A DNA stretch of 64,000 nucleotides, taken from Leucoraja erinacea (Eukaryota). Position 1 is the stretch's first letter. Each line of letters starts with the position of its first letter. The DNA is taken from positions 6,014,001 through 6,078,000 of the forward strand of contig NC_073390.1 in the NCBI RefSeq assembly GCF_028641065.1, in the 5' to 3' direction. Shown one piece after another: positions 13,540-24,989 of this stretch. The notes beneath the pieces were generated by a model that saw nothing but the letters and a program-made list of their open reading frames with translations, ran no database searches and was not told the origin of the DNA. The position numbers and the translations under genes are program-made.

Positions 13540-15035
13540 TATGAACAGGAACAAGCACTCTGGTGTCAGGACAACAGCCTCCTCTTGAATGTCAAAAAAT
13601 CTAAGGGGCTGATCGTGGACTTTAGGAGGTCACAACATCCGAGGACGTACACTCCATTGAAGATAAATGGGGATACTGTGGATAGGGTGAGCTGCTTTAA
13701 ATACCTGGGAGTCCACATCTCAGAGGATCTGACATGGACATCACACGCTGCCCGCACTGGTGAGTAAGGCAAGGCAGCGCCTTTACCACCTCAGACAATT
13801 GAGGAAATTCATAGTGTCTCGGAGTCTCTGAGTGCTCCAGTGCTTCTACTCAGCGGCTGTGGAAAGCATCTTGTCCGGAAACACAATTTGGTTTGGGAAC
13901 TGCTCTGCCCAGGACAAGAAGGCTCTGTGGAGAATAGTGCGTTCGGCCGAACGCACTATGGGAACTGCACTCACCCCCCCTGCAGGAACTATACATCAGA
14001 AGGTGCAAATCCAGAGCCAACAAGATCATGGGGGACCCCTTCCACCCCAGCAACAGACTGTCCCAGCTGCTACGGTCAGGCAAACGCCTCCGTTGCCATG
14101 CTGTGAAAATGGAGAGGATGAGGAGTTTCTTCCCAGAGGCCATTAGGACTGTAAACTCCTATCTCACCATGGCCTAACTAAAGGGTCTGTCCCACTTGCG
14201 TGTCCTTGGCACGCAAACTACGCAACCCCGTGGTCACGTTGAGCCGCGACAGTCACGCGCGATTTCATGCGTATGCACAGCCATCTGGAGCGCATGACGT
14301 AATTTGAAGGTGAACACAAAGCTGGAGTAACTCAGCAGGACCGGCAGCATCGCTGGAGAGAAGCAATGTGTGATGTTTCATGTTGAGACTCTTCTTCAGT
14401 CTGAAAAGAAGGGTCTTGACCCGAAACGTCACCATTTGCTTCTCTCCAAAGATGCTGCCGGTCCCGCTGAGTTACTCCAGTATTTTGTGTCCATCTTCAA
14501 TTTTCTTGGCCCCGCTCTGGGAGTAGAAGTGGGGGCGGATCCGGATCACAACGGCCCCAGGCCTAGTTCGGCGATCGTTTGCCAGCTTCTGCTGCTGTTG
14601 GAGGTGAGACGTTGCGTCGCGACAGGGTCTTGGGCCTGTCCCACTTTGGCCGTTAGTTACGCGACAGGCCGTTGACGCGCGAAGATTTCGTTCACTACAA
14701 AAATTTCGGAGCCCCGTGCGATGTCGCGCACAACTACATACCCCTCCGCGCTTCTCAGTGGCCATACGATGCCCGTGCGCCTCAACGCGACCACGAGGTC
14801 GCGTAATTTGCGTGCCAAGGACATGCAAGTGGGACAGGCCCTTTACTGTACTAATTTACTGTTGTGTGGTGTCTTTTTAAAATTGCTGTTTTTTTCCTCC
14901 CACGTATATGTAATGTGTGAATATGTGATTCTCTTCCGTTCTGTTTTATAGTTTTTTTGCACAATCCGCGAGCATTGCCACTTTTCATTTCACTGCACAT
15001 CTCGTATGCGTATGTGACGAATAAACTTGACTTGA
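13540..15035 (+). mobile_element. Rex1/Babar-like LINE 3' fragment interrupted by a Harbinger-like element
   Basis: LIVDFRR, FKYLGVHISEDLTW, FYSAAVESIL...WFGNCS; AATAAA(CTTGA)n tail. Confidence 0.85.
14182..14842. mobile_element. Harbinger-like non-autonomous element containing an inverted PLE-end pair
   Basis: TIR AGGG(T/C)CTGTCCCACTTGC(G/A)TGTCCTTGGCACGCAAA; TAA/TTA flanks; shares the TGTCCCACTT core with the three MITEs; interrupts a Rex1-like 3' end. Confidence 0.8.
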
Positions 15036-15159
15036 CGAGGTTACATAGTACAACTGATATATTTTTAAGCATTTGGTGATGTATGAATTGCATAATTGAA
15101 AAAAACCAAGATGAACAAAATTTGAAATAAAAAACAAAATGCTCAACATGTAACATGGC

Positions 15160-15460
15160 AGGTTACACAAAAAAGCTGGAGAAACTCAGCGGGTGCAGCA
15201 GCATCTATGGAGCGAAGGAAATAGGCAACGTTTCGGGCCGAAACCCTTCTTCAGACTGATCGGGGGCGGGGGTGGGCGGGGACAAGAAAGGGAAAAGGAG
15301 GAGGAGCCCGAAGGCTGGGGGATGGGAGGAGACAGCAGGGGGGCTGAGGAAGGGGAGGAGACAGCAAGGACTAACAAAATTGGGAGAATTCGATGTTTAT
15401 GCCCCCGGGATGCAGACTCCCCAAACGGAATATGAGGTGCTGTTCCTCCAATTTCCGGCA
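15160..15460 (-). mobile_element. Young PLE terminal fragment with intact hammerhead motif
   Basis: Near identical to the left arm of 43728..44577. Confidence 0.85.
15225..15258 (-). ncRNA. Minimal hammerhead ribozyme motif, sense in PSMD1 intron 6
   Basis: Reverse complement cagtCTGAAGAagggtttcggcccGAAAcgTTgc. Confidence 0.72.
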
Positions 15461-15673
15461 TGGAGAGCGAAAACAAGTTTGCGTTTCAGCTCAAAACATT
15501 AATGGTTTCTCTTTCCACAGAAACAACTTGATCTTCATGGTATTTCCAGCATTTTCTGTTTTTTTTCATGAATTTGAATAGTTGACCAATTCTAAATGCT
15601 CCCATAAAAAGCACCACTCAAAATGTTTTAACTGAAAATGCAATGTATGGTCAGAACATGAAAATGGTCTTAC

Positions 15674-15817
15674 CTGACACACATTAATGAAGTCTGGCTT
15701 TTCCAGATTCATATAGAGCTTGACCAGAACACGAAGGACTTCATTTCTGAATTGCTTATTCTGCATCAGTGACATGCACACTTTTACACTATATGCAAGC
15801 ATCGCAGAGATGTCACT
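15674..15817 (-). CDS. PSMD1: PSMD1 exon 6 ([10 protein letters not shown]...KPDFINVCQ)
   Basis: Within ORF 15566..15850; cacag/gtaag; 144 nt. Confidence 0.96.
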
Positions 15818-16059
15818 CTGTGAAAGAAAACAAGTTAAATATGGCACCATTCAACTAATGTTGCTTCCTTGGCATGACATAACAAAGGAAACTTGTATGG
15901 CTAAAAAAATGTTAATTAATGTCAATGATGCAAAATATCTTCATTTCACCATAGAACATGGAACAGTACAGCCCAGGAACAGGCCCTTCAGCCCATCATT
16001 TCAGCATTGACCATGATAACAATCCAAATTGACCCCATCTGCCTGATGGTGTCTACCCC

Positions 16060-16570
16060 AGGTTACTGAGATATGGGGAGATTGCAGTAGAGCTTTCTAT
16101 CCTTTCTAGCCACGTGAGGTCCTGGAGGACTAGATTGTAGCTAATGCTGTTCCTTGGTTTATGAAGGGAAGTGGAGATAATCTAGGAATTCATATGCCTG
16201 TGAGCCCGACAACAGCGATTAGAAAGCTGTGGGAGTGGATTCTTCGGGAATAGATTTACTCATATTTTGTTGAGAATGGGATAATTAAGGATGGTCAGCA
16301 TGACTTTGTCTGCAACAGATCATGTCTCACTAACAATTGAGTTTTTTCTTGAGATAAATAAGGTGAAGGGTTGTCTGCATGGTTTTTAGTGAGGCATTTG
16401 GTGAAGTCCCTCATGGTGGGAAGATTGAGACGATTAAGATACATGGGAATCTAAGGTGACTTGGTTGTTTGGATTCCAAACTGACTTACTGGTATTCTGG
16501 CTGGAGAATTGTGATCAGTGGTATTCTAGAGATATCTGTGCTGGGGCCTCTGCTGTTTGTGATATACATA
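16060..16570 (+). mobile_element. Old CR1 LINE fragment
   Basis: Nucleotide similarity to the RT-proximal region of other CR1 copies (tcagcatgactttgt, catgtctcactaac). Confidence 0.7.
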
Positions 16571-16599
16571 TAAATGACGTACACAAATGTAGATTTATA

Positions 16600-17085
16600 C
16601 AAAGAAAGTACAGGTAAGACAAAGCCTGGCGAGTGATGGGTGGATACAGGCGAGACAGACAGCAAGTTGGACAAGGCCAGTGATGAAAAGATAAAAAGAT
16701 TGAAATAGAATAGAAGAGTTGTGAATTGTGAAGCCAGAAGTAGGTGATAGGAGAGGAGAAGGGGAGAAATGGGTGCAAGTCAAGATGGGCCACAAAGAGA
16801 AGAGAAGGAAAGGAAAAAAACGTGCTGGGGGTTGTAGGTTAATTATCTAAAATTGGAGAAGGCAATGTCCATACCATTAGATGGTAAGCTACCCTAGCGG
16901 AATAAGAGGTGCCGTTTTTTCAGTTTGCCTGGGGCCTCACTCTGGCAAAGGAGGATGCCCAGGACAGAAAGGTCAGTTTGGGAATGGGAATGGGAATGAT
17001 TAGCATCCAGAAGATCCAGTAAGCGTTTGCGGGCTTAGCACAAGCGTTCGGTGAAATGGTTGCCGAGTATACGTTTGGTCTCGCT
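16600..17085 (-). mobile_element. PLE fragment
   Basis: ggcctcactctggcaa...ggacagaaaggtcagt...gggaatgggaa shared with other PLE copies. Confidence 0.75.
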
Positions 17086-17453
17086 GTGTGAATGCAGATG
17101 GCATGGACTTAGTGGACCGAAGGGTCTGTTTCCATGCTGTGTCACAAAACTAAACTCCACCTGCTGTTCCTCCACCCATATTTCCAACTTGCTACACCCT
17201 GCCAAATCCCTCAACAACCTTACTCGTATCCCACAACTCTGCCAATGTTTGTGCCATTTGCAAACTCAGTAATCAGCACACCTACATTCTCATCCAAATT
17301 AACTAAAAAGTGTCACAAACTTCAGTGACACTATTTTGAAATTCCACATTAAAGGTTTACTCAAAATGCAGTTATTAATTCAATAAAGGAAATGAAGTAG
17401 CAAAGAGACAGAAAACTGCAGCACTTCATCAACACTAACGTTGCGTTACTTAC

Positions 17454-17659
17454 GGATTCGAGAATTACTTTCTCAAAGACATCAAGCCTCCTGGTCTCCA
17501 AAGCAATGCCAATTGCCTGCTTGTATTTGTGGTCATCAAAGCATCGTTGGAACATCTTATTCACAATACCTTCTAATCGAGGGTCAATAGGTTTCTCCTC
17601 AACATCAGGTAGTTCTCTATTTTCAACTCGAAGTTTTGTATAATGATCAATACATTTAG
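17454..17659 (-). CDS. PSMD1: PSMD1 exon 5 (AKCIDHYTK...[13 protein letters not shown])
   Basis: Within ORF 17361..17771; gcag/gtaagt boundaries; 206 nt. Confidence 0.96.
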
Positions 17660-17899
17660 CTGCAACAAAAAATTCAAATGTTTCAACTGCAGTAATCTTG
17701 GTTGACACGAACAAAGTCACAATTTCCTTCCCTTCAAGAGCCAGAGCTTCCAATCTTTCCTTGGTAAACATATTTAAACAATTCCATAGCTATCATGCTA
17801 AAATACTGTCTTCGACCAAGTACATTTTTCTTGTCTGACAATTGTTGAAACATCAAAACATAACTGATCTGGACAAAATAAATTCATAGCAACATGGAG

Positions 17900-18180
17900 G
17901 GGCAGCTCGCAGAGTAGCTGCCTCACAGTTCTAGCAACTACATTCGATCCCGACCTCTGGTGCCGGTGTGCAATTTACACATTCTCGTGTGACTGTGTGA
18001 ATTTCCTCCCTGGATGCTTTGGTGCCCCCCCACGGCTCAAAGATGTGCGTTGGATAGGTTAATTGACCATTTCAAATTGCCTCCAGCGTGTATGCGAGTG
18101 CTAGAATCTGGGGGATGTTGACAGATCTGACATGGTAAAATGGGAACAATGTAAGATTAGTGTAAATAGGTGCACAATGG
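17900..18180 (+). mobile_element. V-SINE (HE1-like), diverged
   Basis: gctgcctcacag...ttcgatcccgacct...tttacacattctc...aaattgcct. Confidence 0.75.
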
Positions 18181-19460
18181 TCAATCTCAAAATTGTCTAA
18201 ATCTTTGCCCAGCCCTGCGAATGTTTTTGACGTTCCTTAATGTTTGCTTAGTATCCATTTCCGTCATACTTCTGTAGTGCATATTGGGGCGTCTTCCAGC
18301 AAAAAACAAGCATCATAAGTTCAAGTTGCTATGATGAATCGAGTTTGAATAATATTTAACTTAATCTTTAGCAGGGATGTATCCTTAGTGCATATTTTCC
18401 TGAATTTGGCATAAATTAACAAAATAAAATGTGGGCCTCATGATTGCTGTAAAAATATTATATCAGTGTGATGATTTTTCTGGTCCAAGCACAATATGCT
18501 CAAACCAAAAAATAAGAAATATATAAATTCTAAAATTACTTAGCAAAAATCTTCTAATTGCTGGACGAACGAAAATTATTTAACACAGCTGGTCTATGCC
18601 CGTGTTTAACTTTCCACACATAATCCAAAATGTAATATTGGCCTATCCCGTTCTTAATATAGTTTCATCCATCTGATAGCTAATGTCAGTGCAGCTTCGG
18701 CATTAACCATAATATCTGGTACAACTTCACATTGACGACATCAATCCATCATTTTCTGTGGTACCACCACGTTAAATAGGAAAGACTCAGGAAAAATAAT
18801 TGGACACTTATTATGTACTATGGGCCAATAGCAACAGCTTAAACATAACGTGTCCAGAACCTGTAATTTGATGGCCGAGTATATCCCTCACTCTACTGTT
18901 ACAAACCATGCCGGAGAACCAACCCTGGTTTCAAAGAATGGGCAGAAAGAAATGCTGGCTGCAACACATGGCACAACTACAAATGCAGTGTGACCTCAAG
19001 ATGCAACAAGCCATCGTCATCATGGATCAAAGACCAAATTCCAGACACATGATGACAGTGACTGTGTTTGATCTCGGCAGCAGTTAACCAATGATAGTAT
19101 CAATAGTGAGCATCACAGTAAAAAGATTTCAGTGTTTATGGTTGTGTCGTGCACAAAGGAAGATGACTGTGATTGTTGGAAGTCACTACAGAAGCTCCTC
19201 AAGGCATGTCCTTTGCCATGCCATCTACAGCAGTGTAACACTGATCTTCCTTTCATCACAAAGTTTAAAAGCTTTGAAGCGTGATGATGATTACACAATA
19301 TTCAATTTCACTTACAATCCCTTAGTGAATGAAACAGCCGAACAAGAATTAGGTAACATTTAGCAAAGGGCTGCTAAAAGACTTGTATCATTCACATTAC
19401 GAAAATGTCAGCCAGCGATCAACATCACTGAACCAGAGTTAAATCTATATATCCTTCGTA

Positions 19461-19688
19461 TGCCCCTGTCCCACTTAGGAAACCTGAACGGAAACCTCTG
19501 GAGACTTTGCGCCCCACCCAAGGTTTCCATGTGGTTCCCGGAGCTTGCAGGTAGTTGCCGGAGGTCGCAGGTAGTGGAAGCAGGTAGGGACTGACTGACA
19601 AAAACCTCCAGGAACCACACGGAAACCTTGGGTGGGGCACAAAATCTCCAGAGGTTTCCGTTCAGGTTTCCTAAGTGGGACAGTGGCA
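19461..19688. mobile_element. Palindromic MITE, PIF/Harbinger-like (copy 2)
   Basis: Same TIRs as 11895..12112; interior in opposite orientation. Confidence 0.85.
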
Positions 19689-20256
19689 TAAGTTGTCATC
19701 TGGTAAAGGTGGGTTACAGAAAAACTAGACTGTAACTGAGGGGCATTTGAGAGAAAATAGGTTTTGGGGAAATCAATGGGGAATAGGATTACAGGGGTTT
19801 CTCCGAGAGTCAGCACAGACTCAAAAGGATGAATAGTCTTCAACGCTAAATTTGTTTAATTTTGTAATTTTTAAGGAAGACTGTCTTGTTTGCTCCACTT
19901 AACAATGAATAACAAAAAAATTACATATGATTGGGGATGTTAAAGAGATGGTATTCAGTTTAGTTTAGTTTATTGTCACGTGTATTGTGCAGTGAAAAGC
20001 TATTGCTGCGTGCTAACCGGTCAGCGGAAAGACAATACATGATTACAATTGAGCCATTCACAGTGTAGATACACGAAAAGGAATAACGTTTCGAAAGATA
20101 GTCCGACGATTCCTGATGAGGTAAATAGTAGTTCAGGTAAAGGAAGATTTGAGTGCTGAAACTGCACTCCTTTTTCTTGCCCCTAATGATGTGGCTTCAT
20201 CCCCTCCCTTGATGCTAATTGCATAATGCTACACAACTGACATTAATTGTGCCTTA

Positions 20257-20462
20257 TGCCCCTGTCCCACTTAGGAAACCTGAACGGAAACCTCTGGAGA
20301 CTTTGTGCCCCACCCAAGATTTCCATGCGGTTATCGGAGGTTGCAGGTAGTGGAAGCAGGTAGAGAGACTGACAAAAACCTCCGGGAACCGCACGGAAAC
20401 CTTAGGTGGGGCGCAAAGTCTCCAGAGGTTTCCGTTCAGGTTTCCTAAGTGGGACAGGGGCA
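20257..20462. mobile_element. Palindromic MITE, PIF/Harbinger-like (copy 3)
   Basis: Same TIRs; TTA/TTA target-site duplication. Confidence 0.88.
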
Positions 20463-20999
20463 TTATTAACAACATTACCATCATCAAGCCCCACACTATC
20501 AACATTGTGAGGAGAACCACTGATTCGGAGTTCAACTGAACCAGTCACATAAATGCTGAGTTACAAGCAGATAAACAACTGGGTACTTTGAAGCATGTGA
20601 CTCTCCGTCCGACACCCCAACCCCTTTGCAATCTACTGGGCAAGTCTGGATTGTGATGGAATATTCTTCATTTGCCAAGACAAGTGCAGTGCCAAAAAAA
20701 CTCAAGAAGCTCAACAGGTTCTAGAAAAAAAAAACCCGTTTCATTGGCATTTACTTAACGATCCTAAGCCTTCATTACCTCTAACACCTGCAGTGTTAGT
20801 GTAGTGTGCACTATCTGCAAAATGTATTTGTCTACCGTACTCTATATGCAGTTTCCAAGCCTGCGGCAGAGAAGATTAAGGAGAAACCAAAAAAGATGTT
20901 CCAAGTTAATAAAGGGAAAAAAGCACTACGAGACAGAGATGGTGGCTCCTCAAAGACCAAAGTGGACCCGTTTAGAGCAACTGTAGATGGCAGAAGTTC

Positions 21000-22810
21000 T
21001 TGATGAAGATGCCTCGTCCGTTTTTACTGTGGGGAAAGACATGAAGAATAGGGAAATCAGAAATGTTAATAGGGTTGTCTGGAGGAAGCGTCTACATTGC
21101 AGTTGAGAAGGTGCTGGATGTCTTTAAATGTATGAAGGTAGATAAATCTCTAGGGCCTGATCCTGTGTATATCCAAGAACAATGTAAGAAGCTAGAGAAG
21201 AAATTGCAGGAGCACCAGCTGAGATATATGCATCTTTGTTGGCCACAGGCAAGGTCCCAGAAGATGGGAGGATGGCTAATGCCTTGACTTTAATTAAGAA
21301 AGGTTGCAAAGAAAAACCTGAGAACTAATGACCAGTAAGGCTTACATTTGTAGAAGGTAAGCTATTGGAAAAGTTACTGGAGAAATAAGAGATATACATT
21401 TGGAAAGATAGGGGTTGATTAGAAATAGTCAGGTGACTTTGTACATGGATGGTCATGCCTCACAAATTCAATTGAGCATTTTAAAGTAACCAAGAAGACA
21501 GATGAGGGCTGGCCGGTAGGCATAGTGTATATGGACTTCAGCAAAGGCTGTGAAATAGTTCCGTATGGACGTATTAGGGAACTGGTTGCAGCAGGATGAT
21601 TTCATTGGTGGTCACCTATCTACCTCATTGACCTCATGACCCTCGGACTATCCTGGTTAGGACTTTGCTGGCTTTAACTTGCACTAGACATTATTCCCTT
21701 ATCTTGTGTCTATGCATTGTAAATGGCTCGATTGTAATTGTGTATTGTCTTTCCGCAACTAAAGCTTTTCACTGTACCTAGGTACACGTGGCAATTAAAT
21801 TCAAACCTTAGGATCATCCTGGAGAATAAGAGCTTCATAGATAGGAGGTACAGCAAGGTGATCACGCCCAAGGTCCATGGGTGACCACAAAAAGATAGTG
21901 TAGGCAGAGTGCAGGTAATCCATGTGGCTATTTAGCTTCAAAATGGATATACACTTTTGGATACTGTTGAAGGGGGTGACAGTCAGGGGTGAGCAGCAGT
22001 AGCAGTCGGGTCTGTGGTACTGAGCCTCGCTCTGAGAGACAATGGGGAAGGATAATGTCAGGCATAGCGATAGTGTTAGGAGACTTGTTAGTTAGAGGGG
22101 CTAACAGGAGATTCTGTGAAGTAGTAATCCAAAATGGTTGACAAGGGTAAAGCTGTAGACATTGTCTAAATGGATTTCAGCGAGGCATTTGATGAGGTTC
22201 CACATGGTAGGGTCCTCTAAAAGGTCAGATCGCATGGGATCCAGGGAGAGTTATGCGACAATAGAAAATTGGCTTTATCGAAGGAAGCAGAGGAGAAAGG
22301 TTGAGTGGTCTTTGAGTGATGGTGTGCCTCAGGGATCGCTGTTTGTGGTTTATATTAACGAGTTGGATGTAGGTGGTATCCAAGAGAGCAAAGGTGGTTA
22401 TCAATTATTTCATCAGGATCTTGATCAGTTGTGCAGGTGGGCTGAAGAATGGTTAATGGAGTGTAATGCTGATAAATGCGAGGTGTTGCATTTTGGGAAA
22501 TCAAACCTGAGCAAGGCCTTCACAACAAATGGCAGGGCATTGGGGAGTGTTGTAGAGCAGAGGGATCTAGGAGTGCAAGTACATCATTTCCTGAAAGTGG
22601 CATTGCAGGTAGATAGGATGGTCAAGAAGGCTTTCAGTACATTTAGCTTCATCAGTCAGGGTAATGAGCATAGAAGTTGGGAATGTTATGTTGCAGTTGC
22701 ACAAGACATTGGCAAGGCTACATTTGGAGTATTGTGTTCAGTTTTGGTCACCCTGCTATAGGATGTTGGTAAGCTGGAAGAGTGCAGAGAAGATTTACAA
22801 GGATCAAAAG
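21000..22810 (+). mobile_element. Cluster of decayed CR1 fragments interrupted by a Rex1-like tail
   Basis: VDKSLGPD, GVPQGS, KCEVLHFG and HLEYCVQFWSP motifs. Confidence 0.85.
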
Positions 22811-22940
22811 CAGGTTCAAGAGCTCAAAGATCCACTGCTGTGTACCTTTAATATTAAATTAATAATAATTATTGTTTAATTACTTTCATAACATAATTTG
22901 TAAAATTAATACTCCATAGATAAAAAATAAAAGACAGCTA

Positions 22941-23129
<189 letters not shown>

Positions 23130-23521
23130 TTACTTATGTAGAATATTTACATTTGGTACTTTGGTGTTGTTGATACAAACATATTATGTCTTTCTCTGCA
23201 TTTATTTATGAGCAATGAAACCAGCCTAGTTTTGAGTATTGAGTGCATTAAAGAAGCTTGCTATATTGCTGTGCTGTGGTTTAAAGTAAATTGTGCACAG
23301 CTGTAAAATGCTTAGTGAGTCTGCTAGTTCAGTCAGTGCTCAAGTGCACATTAATGATATCATAGGTCAAAGTAAACTTAAAATGCTTCAAAATAAAGTT
23401 CTTGCTCCCGAGATTCAGTACAGGCAAATATTAAAACAATTATCTCTTTAGTATTAAAGGTAGACACAAAATGCTGGAGTAACTCAGCAGGACAGGCAGC
23501 ATCTCTGGTGAGTAGGAATGA

Positions 23522-23552
23522 GTGACGTTTCGGGTCGAGACCCTTCTTCAGA
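23522..23552 (-). ncRNA. Minimal hammerhead ribozyme motif, sense in PSMD1 intron 3
   Basis: Reverse complement tCTGAAGAagggtctcgacccGAAAcgTCac. Confidence 0.68.
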
Positions 23553-23977
23553 AGAAGTCAGAAGTCTGAGTTACTCCAGCATTTTGTGTCCACCTTCAAT
23601 TTAACCCAGCATCTGCAGTTCTTTCCTACACTATCTCTTTAGTATTTGTGCACTAGTAACCTTGACAGTGGAGACAACTGACTGATTATTTCATTGATAC
23701 TTGATGGATTTACTAAATGTGTGCAGGTACCCTTTTTAGAAGTGGCACAGCAAACTGGAGTACAAAGATACCATGCCATTCTAAAAGTTATAAGTTAAAC
23801 CAGTAACAAATGTAAACATGCAAAAACATGGCACTGAAATCTAAAATGATTTTGAATACATAAAAACTCAACTGGGGAACTTGGGCACATTTTATTAACT
23901 TCATCTCATCTGATTACTAAAAAAAATCATGATGTTTCATGCTGGGAAAAATATTAAAAACAACACAAATCCCTTAC

Positions 23978-24051
23978 ATTTTAACCACAGATTCTGAAAT
24001 TTCAGCCCAGAAGTCATTGACCACAGCGTTCAGCTTGTGCAGAGCAAACTC
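23978..24051 (-). CDS. PSMD1: PSMD1 exon 3 ([25 protein letters not shown])
   Basis: AG/GT boundaries, 74 nt, near identity to human PSMD1 as recalled. Confidence 0.95.
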
Positions 24052-24506
24052 CTAGAACAGAGAAAAAGATATTAAGCAAGGGCACATAATACATTATGAT
24101 GATTAACCAATTTAAGTAACAGTGTGAAATATATGTTCTTTATTCAGACTGGAGTGCAAAAGCTAAAGATCTGTCCAATTCTTACATTAACACCCTTACA
24201 CTGTAGGATCGTGAGGCCATTAATTAGAACAATAGCCTTAACATTCATGGATAGTAAAGACTCAAAAGCCAAAAGAAATCATGACAATCCAAGCACTGCC
24301 CTAAATTAGAAAGTCATACTAATTATTTCAGCAGTGCTGTGGTTTGAGTATCAGAGAGACTTCATTCCCAAGATATTCACATTTCACATTGTAATTATTT
24401 GCAAAATCAGATGACATTTACTGTGCTAAAGTAAAAATCTATAGTAGTATTTGCAGAACACAGAACTCTTCAACTATTGTTTATCTGGAGATGGGTAAGC
24501 ACTTGC

Positions 24507-24550
24507 CTTGAGCTGTGGCTCTTTTTCATCCAGAAGCGAAATGATTCCAG
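24507..24550 (-). CDS. PSMD1: PSMD1 exon 2 (AGIISLLDEKEPQLK)
   Basis: ttttatag|CTGGAATC...CTCAAG|GCAAGT; 44 nt; GC donor; frame continuous with exons 1 and 3. Confidence 0.92.
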
Positions 24551-24989
24551 CTATAAAATACAATTAGGAAGGAACAATTTAGCACAACACATTAATGAAG
24601 TCCAGTAAATCATGAAAAATAAGTAGCCTAGTTCAACGTTATCCAGGTAGAAAATAAATCAAAGACTAATTTTGGAAATCTGAAATAAAAACAAAAATTA
24701 TAGAAAATGTTCAGCAGCTCAAGCAGTATCAGTGGAAAGAGAAGGGAGAGTTAACATTTCAGGTTGAACATCTTTCATCAGAATTAGAAACAGAGAACAC
24801 ATTAATTTTCAGTAGAGAGGCCACGGGGGGAGGGGGGGGGGGTACAAAGGAAATATCTGTGAAATGTCATGGGGGATAAGCTGTCAGAAGGTTTATAGGT
24901 TATTGGGGGTTAATGAGGGAGAGAGAGAGCATGCATCTCAGCAAGAGTGCAAAACCATGGTAGTGCGAGAGAGAGAAAACTGGGAATTG

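Noticed and set aside
18331-18403. C/D-box snoRNA-like ATGATGA...CTGA
   Set aside because: Antisense to the host gene and no terminal stem; expected by chance
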